NCBI GenBank assembly: GCA_973895155.1
Contig: OZ316891.1
Coordinates: 29,499,611 to 29,563,610, forward strand
Direction: 5' to 3'
Source of the DNA: Marsupella aquatica
Taxonomy: Eukaryota; Plantae; Marchantiophyta
Length of the DNA stretch: 64,000 nucleotides
Part shown: positions 23,201-37,384 of the stretch, piece by piece
Layout of the letters: each line of letters begins with the position of its first letter
Numbering within the stretch: position 1 is the first letter of the stretch
Notes under the pieces: generated by a model
Told to the model about the DNA's origin: nothing
The model's input: the letters and a program-made list of their open reading frames with translations, nothing else
Databases searched by the model: none
Translations under genes and position numbers: made by a program

Positions 23201-26200
23201 CTGGTAATTTTGGCCATTAGTCACACTTCAAGACAAACAGAAGTTTCATGAAAGTTTCTGTTTCATGCATGTTGAGATTTTACTCTTCCTACCGAGAGGC
23301 AAGAAGAGGACAAATCTCAGAATGCCTTTGCGTAGTCAGCCATGAGCATTCTCTTCCATAAAGTTTGCAATGGATGTCAATGTTGAGGTTCATCATGAAC
23401 CTGAATGAGCCTTGTGCCTCCCAGTCCACCGCTCTTGTGTCTAGTGTGTCTATCATGTTTTTCTAAGGTTCAGTGCAAAGATATCTATCACACTGCCAAA
23501 GGGAAAAGACGCCAAACCAAGAGACATGATACCAATGGCAAAACAGCCCAATGAAAGGAAGGGGGGGGGGGGGGGGGGGGAAGGGGCCCCAAGAAGACCA
23601 AAGGGTCCAAAAAGCTAAGCAGTCCCCAACAAAAGCCAACAAAGGAATAGAGACACAACTAAGTAACCTACAAAGAAGCAGAGAAGATTACCATCCAAAG
23701 AGCTTCTAGTGTGTGTATTAAACCACCAGTAGCCATGTAAAAGGAGAAGGGTCCAAGACTTCTCTTTTTTAACATTCCTCTCCTCTCCCTTGACCTTTAG
23801 CTCCACAATTTCAGGAAAAGAGTACTATTATGGTGAAACCCGGCGATCATGGCCAGTGCTTTTAAAGGTATCAGGTGCACCTGGTGAGGTCCAGCTCCAA
23901 GCAGACCTGTGTCTTCCCACATAGATGAACTCCCACAAGGCAGATTCCAGTAATAAAATAGAAATATACCTTTCTAAGATATTGTAATAGATGAGGTAAG
24001 ATGTTGGGGCGAGGCAAGGAAATGCAAGCAAGCCAAAGAAACATAGACAATGAATAGAAATGCCAGTGAGGCAAGAATGTTGTTTAGAAGTCATCTCAAA
24101 TGTTGTTGCGACATGTTATCATTATGGGGATGCAGTCATTCTGGTCATGAGGGTGTTGCTTATTGCAGTATGACATGCACTTCTTTAGCTCACCTCATTG
24201 TTTCTATACAATGCTTTGGTATTGGACTTGGCAACAACATGATGTTGTTTTACTGTGTTGGTGTAGTGACACTATGGTTGGAGAAGTCTCATTGTTTTGA
24301 TTGAGTGGTTCTTGCTGCCCAAATATTGTCACTAAGTTTGTTACTACAACCTTGACGTTGGTCGGGGAGGGTGTGAGTATGGGAGGGGAGATGAGCGCAA
24401 GATGGGCAAAGGCAATGGGGCATCGTGGGGTCAAGGCGCATGTCCACACTGGATCTGGTGGTGCTACTGGAAGGGACAATTATTTTCTTTATTCCCCTCC
24501 CCAGTTTTATCTTTAGTTCCTACCCCACACCCTCTTGATCCTTTGCCCCACCCTGGCTTTGCTTTGACTGCCCTCTTATCTTGCTCATCATACAAGTGTT
24601 GGGGCCTCAAGGGGGGCGTTTGACAGCGGGAGGAGGCATGGATGGCAAGCCAAGGCGTATAGGATGAGCAAGGAGGGCAGGGAGGGGGAGATTGATCAAA
24701 AGGGTTTTCAGGTGTATCAAACTGAAAATATTGGATTTCAATGAGTGGCCATGGTTATTTCTTGCCCTGAAATTAAAGGAAGTTTAGATGGAATAACAAA
24801 TTTGGGACCGGTTTTTAAAAAGGTCAAATGAATAAAAAGAAACAAAAAATGTAAAAATAGTCACCTTCACTTTAAGTCATGGAACTTGACTACCCTACCA
24901 CTTGGCTGAGTTCCTCTATGGTCTAGGCCCCTGGGGTGGCCATCCTGAGGGGACTAAGTATAGGGAGACTTATGAGCAAGAAGACATTGCACTAGCAAAG
25001 GCAACGCATTGAGCTAGTGGCACACACTAAGGACTTATACTAACGTTAAAAGTTAGTCGGGTCATGGGAAGAGTCGAGCTTAGGGTCGACCGTCCAGACC
25101 CCTAGACCAACTTCGAGTCCCAAGGCCAAAGAAGTTTAGTTCATGCGGACGGACGCTTGGTGGAGGAGAGGCATTGCTCGGGTGTAGTCATTCGGGACCC
25201 CCAACTGACAATGAGTTAAGAGGCCAGGGCCAGACATGAGCACCGCATTGACCCAATCACAACAAGGTCAGGCACTTACCTATAGACGTCTAACTATACA
25301 GTTATGGGCCTAGCAAATTAGCTTTGTGTCCAATTGATTGGGTTGCAGTCTAGGTAGAAGGCCAAAAATAGGGGACCATAGTTGATCTAGGGGTGGTAGG
25401 TCTTCAGAAGCATATATGAGGGGAATGGTGTCTCCCAGTGAGACAAGGGCAAGCCCAAGTTGTGAAGCGCGGCGATTGTGCTACTAAGGCGAAATGACAA
25501 ATGGAAACAACGATGTCTTCTCAACAGAAAGTCCATTGGAGGACTTCCGAGAAGACTTCTTGGATGCGTTGGAAAGTAGTTGCGGAACTTGACCACCCTA
25601 CCACTTAGCTCCGGCGTGCTGACTCTAACGTCAAACACTCTTTTGCATTTTATTTTATTTTGGAAAAATGTGTTGTTGTTTTCAAAGCAATGTTATTGGG
25701 GAGAAGGAGGACATGGGAGAGTGAGAGGGAACGCAAGAGAGGCCATAGCCCCGCAAAGCTTTGCAAGGTCAAGGTGCAGTCACACAATGCTATTGGCAGG
25801 AGAAAATTTCAATTTTTTCCCACCCCCTTGCCGCACCCTTCTTCGCCCCTTTTCTTCCCTTCAGCACCTTTAAATAAAAGAGAAACAATAGCTCCTTTAA
25901 ATAAAAGAAAAAAAGCGAGTGGAAAACACATTATTCTTCGTTCTGAATTCTCATACTATATGCCAAATTCAAAACGTTTCTCAGCGCCAAAAGATTCTGC
26001 TCCCAATGTGTGTACTTGTATAAAACGACACATTTTAGTCATGTCACACAAAAGTCATCACATATAGTATGTATTCTAACATAAAAATTAGTATATCTTT
26101 GGACACTCATGGTCAATCAATAAAAGAACCCAAAAAAGTGGTGACTGTAGGCTCCTGCTGTGGGTTTGTCTAGGGTTTGGGGGGAGAAATTGTGTCTGGC

Positions 26201-27899
26201 CGCATGACAGTGGGCCAATCACGGAGAACTTGCGCTAACTACAGCAGTTTAGCTAAATCCATACACTAAATGGGGGCCAGCTAACAATTAAAATGATTTT
26301 TGGGGGCATGCTACAAATCTGGATCAGGTTGGGGACATGTTAGTTAATAATGGGTTTTTAGTATGGCCATTCTAGGTCCCCACACGTGGCGTTGTCTTTT
26401 CTGTGTTCTTTGAGAAGTTGTTTACTACTTCGTTTCATTACAATTTTATCAAATGAGCTTGTCATGGCTAGCTCAACGGTCAATGTTTTAGTAGAGCCAA
26501 TATCCTCTCCTACAGTCGACCGCTAGACGTGAATATACTATACAATGGCGGGGTTCAAGCTAGGGATATGACTGAGCTTTAGGTGGCATCAAAGAGGGGC
26601 CACATTCACTACACGTCACTCAAGATTGACACCTACAGGTCTCTTTGGAGTCACACCTTGAAATTGTAAAATGGCAAATGGGTTGAATCCACCATTCCTT
26701 TTGGATCCTTGCATTGATATGGTCAGAGTTTCTTTTCCAGGAGACCCGGATATCATGCTCATATTTCAAGACCACAGGGTCAATGAAATACTTCTAAACT
26801 GAATTTGAAGTCTGGGAATATATTTTTTTAATAAAAAGAGCAGACACGTCATCCCATGGAATGTTACAAAGTTAAAGCGTCACAACAGAACTAAATAAAA
26901 CTGTAAATTAAAGCCAGCTCAAAAGGAAACTTGGCACCGGTTGCCCTACAGTAGTTTTTTTTCCTGGTTACTTTCGAATCTCAACAAAAGATTATAGTCG
27001 TGACCCTTTGGCACCAAAACACAAACAATTAATTTCTGTGAAGCTGATTCTACCCACCAACAGCCATGGGAGTAGAATTGACGTAAGGTTGCTTTGTTAT
27101 CACTTGGAAATGTACTTAATCAATTGATCATGTAATATAACCATTTGCTTCAACCTTGAGTGAACCATAGTGCTATAAGTTGTTATCTATGACCTCTGAT
27201 GATTGGCAGAAACTAAGATGATAGTTTCATTGATAGTCACTAGGTGCTTTACAAAGTTTGCATACTAAAGTCCATGCAAACAACAAATTGAAACAGATGC
27301 ACATTTAATGGCAATGACATGGAGGAGCTCCTCCCATGTCATTAAGTTCATAGGTACTTTGTGCATTACAGTAATAGGATGGTGCTAATAAACTCAGGCA
27401 TTTTTTGTATCTTCTTAGTGAATGTTACACAAACCCATACAGCAAATTGATTTCTCAATTTACTTATTTCATCCCTTGTGTGTAACCCCCAAGAAACAGT
27501 CACTAGGGTATGGCAAGTCATACCCACACAATTTACAGTTTAGGGGTTCTACTTAAGGATCTCACCTGCTAGGATGATTGTAACACCAATATTGACCATA
27601 GAGGGATCAAGTACCACGATGAATGGGCCATGCGAGAGACCAAAGAACCAGGGACATCAAGCAGTCAGGGCAGATCTTATTTCTTTCTTGGACAAGAAAG
27701 AAACCATTCAACATACAAAACAGTGCACATGGATCTCAGGTGTCACTTCCACAGAATTGTCACATTATGTGCAACAAAGTGGAGGTTCTTTTAATCATTT
27801 TGAGAAAGACATTAAATTATGGTAGTGGAAAGACAAGGGTTTTAAAATGAAAATACCATATGTCATTGCATATTGATGCCATACAACTTATTTAAAGTG

Positions 27900-29000
27900 T
27901 TTAAAGGGACTTCACTTTAGAGAATATCGGGGGCCATTTCTTTCTCAACTTCCGTTGATCCTACATGGACTTCAGTAGGGCCCAACTTTTGCATACGTGA
28001 ACTGGTTTTTGGCTTAAATTTTAGACCATCTCCATTAGAGGTTCCTTAATCCAGCGCGCTTGGTCCCTCTTCTGTGCTGGTTTCATTAAATGTGGACTGA
28101 CAAATACCGTGGTTGCTGCAAGATGGCGGGTTTTGTGCAAGAGAGACCGTGAGTGAATTTGCAGATTCAAATTTGTTCAACTTGATGAAAATGGGCACCA
28201 GTGGAGCTACTTCACAAAGCTCTGCTTACTCAGCCAGCATTATAGATTCGTCAGATTTATGAGGTTCTCAAAAATTGGTTCACAACCAGGTTGATCTGCA
28301 CATTTCCATGGAAGGATATGTCAGCTTGGCAACAAAATTGTCAGCTACAGGGAATGGAGTTTCAGCGCAATCTTTCTAGATTCACAATCAAATTATGAGT
28401 ATGACGGGGAGGAGACTCCTCTCTACCAGGGATGTCAATGAACTTCTCCTCCAATGATAATTTTGAGAGGGCGATGAATGAACCACACTACCCAGCTTGT
28501 TCATTTCATGGTAATGCTGCATGGGAACCATGCACAATCATTTCAATTGTCCCTATTCCATTATCTGTCTCTTCCCCCTGCTCCACAGATGCCCACAAAA
28601 AATTGATATGCCCACCCAAAGGAAGAGGGCAGGCAAGAATCCCCGTGCAAAGAAAGGCAAAAAGGTCCAAAAGGTGGTGCAGTCTAGTGACAAAGACAAA
28701 GAAGAGGAGGAAGGAATTTTCACTGAGCTGGGCAGACCCAGAAGTCATCCAACTCATTGCTTTCCTTGGGGAGATGGATGACAAATTTGAAAGGAATGCC
28801 AAAAACAAGATAATTGTTTTTCTATTCTTGCATTGTCCATGATTGCAGTCCATCATGTGGGTTGCCTTTATGTCAAGTCACTCAACAAGCTCCATTTGCA
28901 TTTTGTTTTGCTAACTTGCTTCAGTAGCGGTGTCCGGTGCAATTTCATTTTGCAGGTCACTTTTTCAATTTATTTTCCAATCCGTCCTGAGCTCTGTCTG
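27900..29000 (+). mobile_element. Remnant Myb/SANT-like ORF, probably from a PIF/Harbinger element
   Basis: WADPEVIQLIAFLGEMDDKFERNAK at about 28730-28805 resembles the start of a Myb/SANT-like domain. Surrounding frames are broken. Confidence 0.4.
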
Positions 29001-31596
29001 TCATTTTGTTTTTAGACCATATAAACTCAAACGTCTTGTATGTAGTTGGCTCTCAAATTTGTTGCTGCTGAACACTCCATAAACTGCCAGGAAAAAATGA
29101 TTTGTGATGGATCACATAATCTAATGGTCCTGTTAAGTGTCAACTCACACTTGAGAGATCGGAACCCAAAAAGTGTCTCATGCGTGCTCCATCACCTGAA
29201 TGTTTCTCAAAGGTTGGGATTGCAAAGGCAAGCATGTTTCCTGCCTTTGCTCTTGAATTAATTTCCACTATGTCATGCCTTGGGTGGGGATTTTGGCATG
29301 AAATCTTCAGTAATCAAATGATGTCATCAGTTAAATTGAGGACCACCAAATGACAGGGCTGCCAAGACTAAGTAACTCTCATATCTTGCAGAGGGTAAAG
29401 GGCTAACCTCTTGATGGCGGATGGATTCTACCCTGAAGGAGCAGATTTGGGCCAGTGGTCCATAGCTGACAAAGGGTGACAAGCGGCTCCTATCTTGATT
29501 GTCAGAGACTAAAGGGCTAATCTAGCCTCATTAATGGTCGATGGAGCCCATGGAGCCCATCCACTCTTGCTTTGAAATGCAAAGGTTTTCCTAAAGGAAG
29601 AAATGAGATATTGCAAAAGATTCCTGGACACTAAAGGCTAACTTCTTTGAGTGCTCATAGAACCTGAAGACAAGTTTTGGGGCAGGGTCACAATCTCTTA
29701 CAAAGTGACAAAAGATGCTTCTTTGAGTGCTTATAGAACCTGAACACACAGGTTTTGGGACGGGGTCACAATCTCTTACAAAGTGACAAAAGATGGCAGA
29801 TTCAATGGCTCTGACCTTGATTGTTGGAGACTAAAGGACTAACCTCTTTAAGGGCTAATGGAGCGCATAGAGCCCATCCACTCTTGATTTGAAACCTGAA
29901 GGCTTCGCTAAAGTAATTATTGGTTCAGATCTTGCACAAGAATCTTTTCTGAAGTGATAGCAAGAAGGCAAAATATTTTTTAAACCAAAGGCGGCAGAGC
30001 ACCTGTTTATTCCAGAGACCAACACGGCAAAGACCAGCAGGGCACAAAGAAAAACAAACCCAAAGGTCCAAAGCACAAAACAACTACACTCGAAGCGGGC
30101 AAACCACCCAAAGGAAACCACCCCACACACCAGGATAATGGCAAAAACAAGGGCCAACCACCCAACAAAGGCAAGAGGCCTGAAACAAAACACTTCCCAA
30201 AACAGGAGTTGGTTGTACACCAACAACAGCAAGTCAGACACCCCAAAAAAGGGACTAAAGGAGAGCAGTGTCACCGCCTCTCCCGTTCAATCATAATAGT
30301 AATGTCAGTAAGTGTTCGACTCAAACATCAAGCCTTCTGGACACTACTAATATAGTTAAACGTAGCGTGCTCCATTACTGGAGCCCCATGCAAAATGAGA
30401 TACAATGAGAATCTTGGCAGCTAAAGGGCTGACCTCAATGAGTGCCCATGGACCTGCCCTCTTGAAGGAACAGGTTTGGGGGTGGGTTCAAAAGCTCTTA
30501 TTAAATGACAAAAGATGACAATAACTCCCACCTTGATCCAGAATTTATTCCATACAATGAATGTATGTCACTATTGGGGTGAGGAGAGTACACTAAGTGT
30601 TCTTCCTCATCTCCTTTCAAAAGAAAAGAAAGGGTCTCCATAAGTGCACATCAACATATGACATATGGGTTGTACAACATCCATCCGTACCATGATAAAC
30701 TTAGTTATTTTTATTTAAATCAATATATTCACACCATATACTAACACATTTTGATGTGTGATTACCTGCCCAGCAAAAGAAACCCTTGCCCAAGATGCCT
30801 GGATGCTAGAGGGCAGACCTCTTTGACTGTCCATGGAACCAGCCCTCTTGAAGAAAGCAGGATTGGGGGTCCTAAGCTGGAGGAGAGGAGAGGAGACGGC
30901 GATGGAGAGAGAAAATGTGAGAAGGGAGAGATTTATGATTTTGCCGCTTTGAAGAAAGAAACACTTGGCATGAAGTGGCGTCAGAAATCCGGCCGTGCAA
31001 GTATGTAACAAAGATTTGCGAGGCGGATGATGCAGCTATGCTAAACTGACGACCTCGGTGATCGCTCGCCGATGCGCCCAATCGCTCGCTGATGCGCCCA
31101 ATCGCTCGCTAGCTGGGTGGCGATGATGGTGCATTGCTGGGCACTGTTGCTGAGTGTAGAGCTGATGATGAATCACACTTCTCTTCTCCCTCGAGCTCCT
31201 GCGTCCGGATCAATCTCCTTGTCAGCGAGCGAGGAACAAAGCGGATCTTGTCGGAGACGGTAGAAGAACGCATGCTTCATGGAATGAGAAAGAGAGTGAG
31301 GAGAGCGAGCTAGTTATTAGATTTTTAGTCGTTGTTGTCTCCTATATGTGGAGAGTCATGAGACAAATCCCACGGGAAGAAGTAATATACAGGAGGAGAA
31401 AGAACGCGAAACGTGGGTTGGAGATTCATGGGGAAAGTAGATGCTCGAGATCGATGCAGTCTGAACATAGAGGGAGTGGCTTGCATGCGTGGGATGCGAA
31501 GCCATAAGAAGTCAGTATGAGAGCTTGTGCGCTAGCTACATTCTATGAATCAACCTGCTGAGCGGCAAAGCGAGGCAAAAAGGTAGCGTTCTCTTT

Positions 31597-31630
<34 letters not shown>
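31597..31630. repeat. (CT)n microsatellite
   Basis: About 15 CT units. Confidence 0.95.
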
Positions 31631-31632
<2 letters not shown>

Positions 31633-31664
31633 AGTTTTTCACTGTCTTGTTGTCACAGATCAGT

Positions 31665-31925
31665 GAAGGAGTTTGACTTATTTTCTCACCTGTTTCTCAT
31701 GTAGATTGAAAGGCTGACGTCCTTGATCACTTGTTTCTCATGTAGACTAAAAAGACTGACGTCGTTTATCATTTCTCTCAAGCCATAGCTTGAAGGACTT
31801 ACTCACCACTTGTTTTGCATAGATTGAAGAACTGCCAGTTTCTTGATCACTTGTTTCTGTCGTAGATTGGAGGTCTGACTTCTTTCATCACCTGTTTCTC
31901 ATAGATTGAAGGGCTGACTTCTTTT
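31665..31925. repeat. Degenerate tandem repeat of about 41 bp, about 6 copies, upstream of the MFT-like gene
   Basis: Unit approximates CACTTGTTTCTCATGTAGATTGAAAGGCTGACGTCCTTGAT. Confidence 0.8.
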
Positions 31926-32539
31926 GTTTGACATCGGGGGATTCGCTTGGCCTGCAGCGAGCAACAGTATTATTAGAAGAGGTGGTGCTCGTCGCGCGGG
32001 AGTATTGTCGTAGCCGTTGGCTCGGTGAGGCAGGTTAGCGAGCGAGGGATAGAGCGTGGGGTGCAGTAATGTGAATTCAGTTAGTGCAGCCAGATACGGG
32101 TCAGTGACGGAACGGAACTTACAAACAGAAGTTCTGATCGAATCCATCATTGCTTCAACAGGTTGGGGCCACCTGGGAAAGGAAGGCTAACCACATTGCT
32201 TCCAAAGGCTGGCTGTCAGCAGAGATAGCGAAGAAGGAGGGGGGCGCGCACGATAATCTTTCATCTCTTCAACAATAGAGTGAACAAATTCAACTCACAT
32301 ACATTACTTTCCATCACACCGTGGGACATTTTAGACCAGCGGTGCTCTATTGACCAGGCAAGAAAGTAGTTCAACGGATTGATAGAAGAATTCTGAAAGA
32401 AATCTAATTCGACCGATCTGCTTTGGGGAGGGGACCAAAAATAAAACACGGGTTTTACAAGTAGGGGGCAGTCATTGATAACCAAGATTCGCCCAAGTCC
32501 CTCGCCTTTGGAGGGAGGAAGCGTCGGCGAGAGTCAGCC

Positions 32540-35494
32540 ATGACGCGTTCTTCAGATCCGTTGGTGGTGGGACGGGTAATCGGTGATGTGCTAGAACCGT
32601 TTGTTCCTTCGGCGGAGCTAACCGTCCAGTATGAAGCCCGGCAGGTTAAGAATGGGTGTGAGCTGAAACCCTCCGCCGCTGCAGCAGTGCCAATGGTTCA
32701 AGTGGGTGGACTAAATGCCGAGGATGCTCTCTTCACTCTTGTCAGTTCTCTCTCCTCTCCTCCCCTCTCCTCTTTAGCTCATGTGTCGTATCGATGGAGT
32801 AGGTGTCGAATAGGTGAAATTCACACTACCTGCAACATGCGTGGGGTTCCGATTCCCTTGAAGTAATATTCCTGCCAATGTATATAGCTGGGGCCTTGAG
32901 CAACGATGAAGTGCTCGCAGCATCGGACCTGTAGATCACGGTTGACACCGTGGAAACTAGCGGCTCCTTGGAGCGCCTGCCTGCAAAGATATTTTGTTTC
33001 TGACTGAGTGACGTGAGGAATGTCACTTCAAGGGCACTGTTTAGAAGGGTTCCAGACTTCATCATCATGAGGTCATGCGTTCTTAAAATTGAGAGCTGTT
33101 CAAAATCACTTCTCCTGAGTATGTTTTGACTCGTGTTCTGATGGGCCTGTTGGCTAGCCTATCTTGCGGGATTTAAGTTCCGCTGCCCAAGAATTTGATA
33201 CTAGGATTGGGTATTAAAAGTAGGATTGGGTTTTAAAAGCCATGTTGACATTTTAAATCTACTTTCACATCGATCTGATCATCAACATTTCTGTCGAGAT
33301 CCGAACAATTTTGTACTGTTGGAAACTTAAGGCACCGACGATTGAAGGTTTCGTATCTGTGCATAACAGGTGATGACGGATCCTGATGCGCCTAGCCCCA
33401 GCGAGCCGTCCCTGCGCGAGTGGCTCCACTGGTATCATCTCTCACTCAATCTCTCTCGACATCCAGCATAGAGGCCTTCTGACAGTGATGGTTGCAGCCA
33501 ATTGTTTTCTATAGTTCTGGTACTGTCCTCTTAAATCACATTGCGATGACATTGAAGCAAAGTTTCTCGTATGGGAATTCCCTTAGGATCTCATGGTCAC
33601 CGTAGATGATCTCCTAAACTTGTGAGGCCTCAACAAAATGGCGTGGAACAATCCGGGCTACTATGAGCACCTGGCAGGAGCGACCTACCTGTTGAGCGTT
33701 AGAACCGAATGTGCTTTTCTAATTTGTTTCCCTTGGCTGCAGGCTTGTAACTGACATTCGGGGTGGTTCTGATGCCAGACAAGGTAGCCTCTCCAGACAG
33801 TTCTTACCTCCGCAGTTCTTTCGTCAATTTCTCACAATTAGCCTGCAAGTCCGTCCCTACGCCAGACAAGGTATCCGCTGTCTCGAGATAGTTCTTACGC
33901 CTACAATTCGTTGCTCAATTTCTTCACCGTTGAGCTTTCAAGTCCCGCGAATTCTTCGTCGCGATACATCCCTTGGTGGGCATTGACTTAAGCATGTCTT
34001 GCCAAAGCGATAGGACCTCTCCTTGGATGAGGTTGATGTCGTATACCTGTCTAGTAGACTATTTCATTGTATGTGTTTGTGCCCATAGTTTGAGTCTGAG
34101 GAAGTTTGTCGAATTCGGCAGCGTCATTCACCTAAACATGTTTGAAAGGGAGACAAACCGCAACGGTGTACATTATACTCGCGTAGAATCAACTGGTTTC
34201 ACATTTATCGTGAGGATATCGCTTTGGAGGATCATACTTGGATGCTGACGGGATCATCCTCGCGACGTGTCCCTTGTCTTTGAACTAAGCCCATGATCTT
34301 TTCTTCGATTGTGTCGGGCATGTGATGACCAAGCTCATGTGATGTCGGGCATGCGAGATGTTTCTTTCTTGCCGTAGATTACGAAGCTTATACTGGTATC
34401 AGATCTGCCGATCGTGTTAGTTGGTTGCGAAGTTAGATGACTGTCTGCCTTTCTGGAGACCCGTTGTACGAGTTAATCCAAATCGAGTGGGTGCAGTATG
34501 GTGTTTCTCCCTAGTCGTGTCCTTGTGGTAAGATTGGTCTTCCAGTGGATTGGGTGCACTGATCGATTTCGAATTTCAGTGTTCAGTCCTTACAGATCGT
34601 TTAACCTGCGCCTCAAATCGATGGCTTCAGAATTCTTAACTAGTTTTATCAGTTTTCTCGGTATATCTTCTGATTCGAGAGCAAGATTAGCTGAGGTTTT
34701 TACCTTAACCACCACAAGTCCTTGACATTGGACGAGGGCTTGGCGATCATTCTCATCGTGTTCACCATGGTACATGCGTCTCCGAGCAACTGGTACTGTC
34801 AGCATCAGCTTTTTGGGCATCTCGTTAAAGAAGCTGATGCTAGCCACCTGCCCTTTGCCACCGCGATGGCCGGATTTGTGTACACGTGTGCTTACATTTT
34901 GGGCTGGCCTTTCTCAGCAGGTGGCAGTGTGTGGCCAGCATGTTGTTGCATTTCTGCCACGGTCTTGGACGTAACACTATTCTAAGGAGAGAAATACATG
35001 GCAAAATTTGGATTTGAATTTGAGTCCGGTGAACTGATTGGGGAGTTCTGATGGCAAAGTTTAAATTTGGATGTAGAATTTGTATTCTGTTTTCTTCACT
35101 GCCAGATACCCTCGAGCCGTTGGAAATTGCTTTCTCCTATCGTGACTCGATCTTTGATCAGTAATGGCGGTCACCGCTTTTGCTGAAGTTTCGTGGCGAG
35201 CGGTGATCTGATATTCTATTAGAAGATATTCTTATACTCAACCTTTTGGGTGTTTGCTTGTGTATGCTTGCAGGACGGGAGGTAGTTCCTTATACAGGCC
35301 CTAAACCGCCTATTGGAATTCACCGATACATATTTGTGCTTTACAAGCAGCAACGTCCATTGCCACTTGCACGACTACCCACACGCCACAACTTCAAGGT
35401 CAAGAACTTTGCCGAACAGCATGGGCTCGGCTTGCCCGTAGCTGCCGTGTATTATAATTCCCAGAAAGAGTCGGCAGGAGCTCGACGCCGTTGA
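32540..35494 (+). CDS. MFT: PEBP family protein, MFT-like; exons 32540-32740, 33370-33431, 33743-33783, 35274-35494; 174 aa
   Basis: [29 protein letters not shown]. Canonical 62-nt and 41-nt middle exons. Trp in REWLHW at the FT-Tyr/TFL1-His position indicates the MFT clade. Confidence 0.92.
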
Positions 35495-35756
35495 ACTACA
35501 GACAAGGAGGAGTCTCTTTACGATCAGATCACCGAAATGCCATGTTTCAAAATGGCTTCGACACCAGTTCATGTTGAAAATTGTGAAAGGTGGTGATCGA
35601 TGTCTACGTCTTTGTAAGGTTGGGACACCAGCGTGGTCAGCACAAAGCAGGCTTACAGGTCCTGATCATGTGACAAAGTTGAGTCGAAGTAGTCAAGACT
35701 AGTGATTTTGTTCATGTGTCCTCACCTACAGAATTGGTATGTACATAGGATATATG

Positions 35757-37110
35757 ATCAGCACATTATTCTTTGTAGAGAGAGAAATAAGCTCCATTGA
35801 CTGACATTTTCATACCCCTCTGGGGAAGCACATCAAATTACGCTCTGATTGGGCAGCCGAAGCTTTAGATCCTCGTGGAGTCGTCTCATTTAGACAATCC
35901 CACACTTTTCGTGACAAGTCTGAAGAAAAGATGTAAAGGCAGTCTCTGCAGCGAATGGAGCTGCTTAGGAACTTAGAATCTGTCGGTGCAATTTCTTTTT
36001 TAGTTCAATAGCCAAAGAATAGCACCGTCCTAGTTAAATTTCCTGGAACTTGATCTCTGAAAACGTTCTCGTCCAAGCTTGCATTCAATTCGTCAGTGGT
36101 AGAGAGGGAGATGTAGTCGATCATTCAAGGCCCTTACTCCAGAACCTGATTGTTCTCTCCTAGCTTGTTAAACTGTTAATTTGATAGGCAACAAAAGTGG
36201 GGCAATTTAGTTAGTTTCCTACACTCGTCTCGATCTTTTGGTCGTCTAAGGTGGTGTGCACCTTCATGGAGAGAGGAGCAGGCAGATTTGTGTCAAAGAG
36301 TATTAACCTTGAAATTCCAATGTCCAATTCAGAATACTCTCAAATGGGGGATACCCGAACAGGGCTTCCTTGCAGAAATGGAATTCTCCTCTCCTTTGGA
36401 GCAAATGTTTTTTGAAGTTATCTTCTGAGCATCTGATGATGACAGTAATTTATGCAAATGTTCTGTGCTTACTTCCCATCAGATCGCCAGTGTACTGAGT
36501 TCCCACCAGTAGGCATGACATGTTCCTCCTCACATTCGACTAGGAATTTTTAACAACATGACTAGCTAGAAAATTGAACAGAAGATTTGGATGCTCTACC
36601 ACTGAGTTACGGGCCAGTGTACTAGCACCTTCATGGGTTCTTGTGTTCGAGTTTGGTTCATTTGCAAGACCCTCCCTTGAGCCACATTGGTGCCACATTT
36701 TTTCATTAGAAATTATAATCTGTTGGCCCTGATACCATGTTGGAGCTTTGACAACAAGACCTAGCTAAGAATTGAACTGAGGACATTGTATACATTGTAG
36801 TGCTCTCCCACTGAGCTATAGGTTGAGTATACCTGCACTTTAATGGGTTCAAGTGTGTTTCATTTCTAACAATCAAATGGGTTCAATGGGCGGTTCATTT
36901 CTAAGAATCAAATGGGTTCAATGGGCTGAGTGTGCTTCATTTCTAGCAATCTAACACTGAGCTACAGTGTAGGTTGAGTATAGCTGCACTTTAATGGGTT
37001 CAAGTGTGGTTCACTTCTAACAATGAAAATGCTACTGTTTATTGTTCCCATCAGAATGCCATTGTCCTTGGTTGCTGGCAGACCCCCTTTTTAATTCTTC
37101 CTCCCATCTG
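35757..37110 (+). repeat. Segmental duplication, copy A; paralog at about 43401-44700 (and about 38930-39192 matches about 48220-48480)
   Basis: Both copies begin ATCAGCACATTATTCTTTGT and stay collinear (GTGGAGTCGTCTCATT, GCACCGTCCTAGTTAAATTTCCTGGAACT and so on). Confidence 0.9.
36538..36871 (-). mobile_element. TRIM with tRNA-like LTRs (Helenus-type), copy A; extra partial LTR pieces extend to about 37022
   Basis: Minus strand: 134-bp LTR TGTT...AACA (36871-36738), PBS TGGTATCAGGGCC (iMet type), about 70-bp interior, PPT AAGGGAGGG, second LTR. LTRs contain TAGCTCAGTGG and GTTCAATTC. Confidence 0.8.
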
Positions 37111-37384
37111 AATGTCTTGTTCATTCTACTGCAGCCACGTGTCCTTTTTGTTGCTCACAAGGAAGAGCTGGCACTTTTTAGGCTATGGCTGTTTTTGAAG
37201 AAGAGGGTCACTTTTTTGGTAGGGCAAGGACCTGGAATGCACTGTGTGATAAAAACTTCAAAAAATTAGGACTTTAGTCCAAGTTCGAGGGCCCTCAACC
37301 CTTGAGTGAACTTTACAGATTTGAGTAAGTATACCAGAACGTTAGCTTAACGTGCGTGAGTTTTGAAAATTGAAAAGAAAAAAT

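Noticed and set aside
24900-25630. Possible solo LTR
   Set aside because: Termini and TSD could not be established.
29855-30274. Hydrophobic membrane-protein-like ORF
   Set aside because: T/G-rich low-complexity sequence resembling LINE 3' UTRs (compare 52130-52330).
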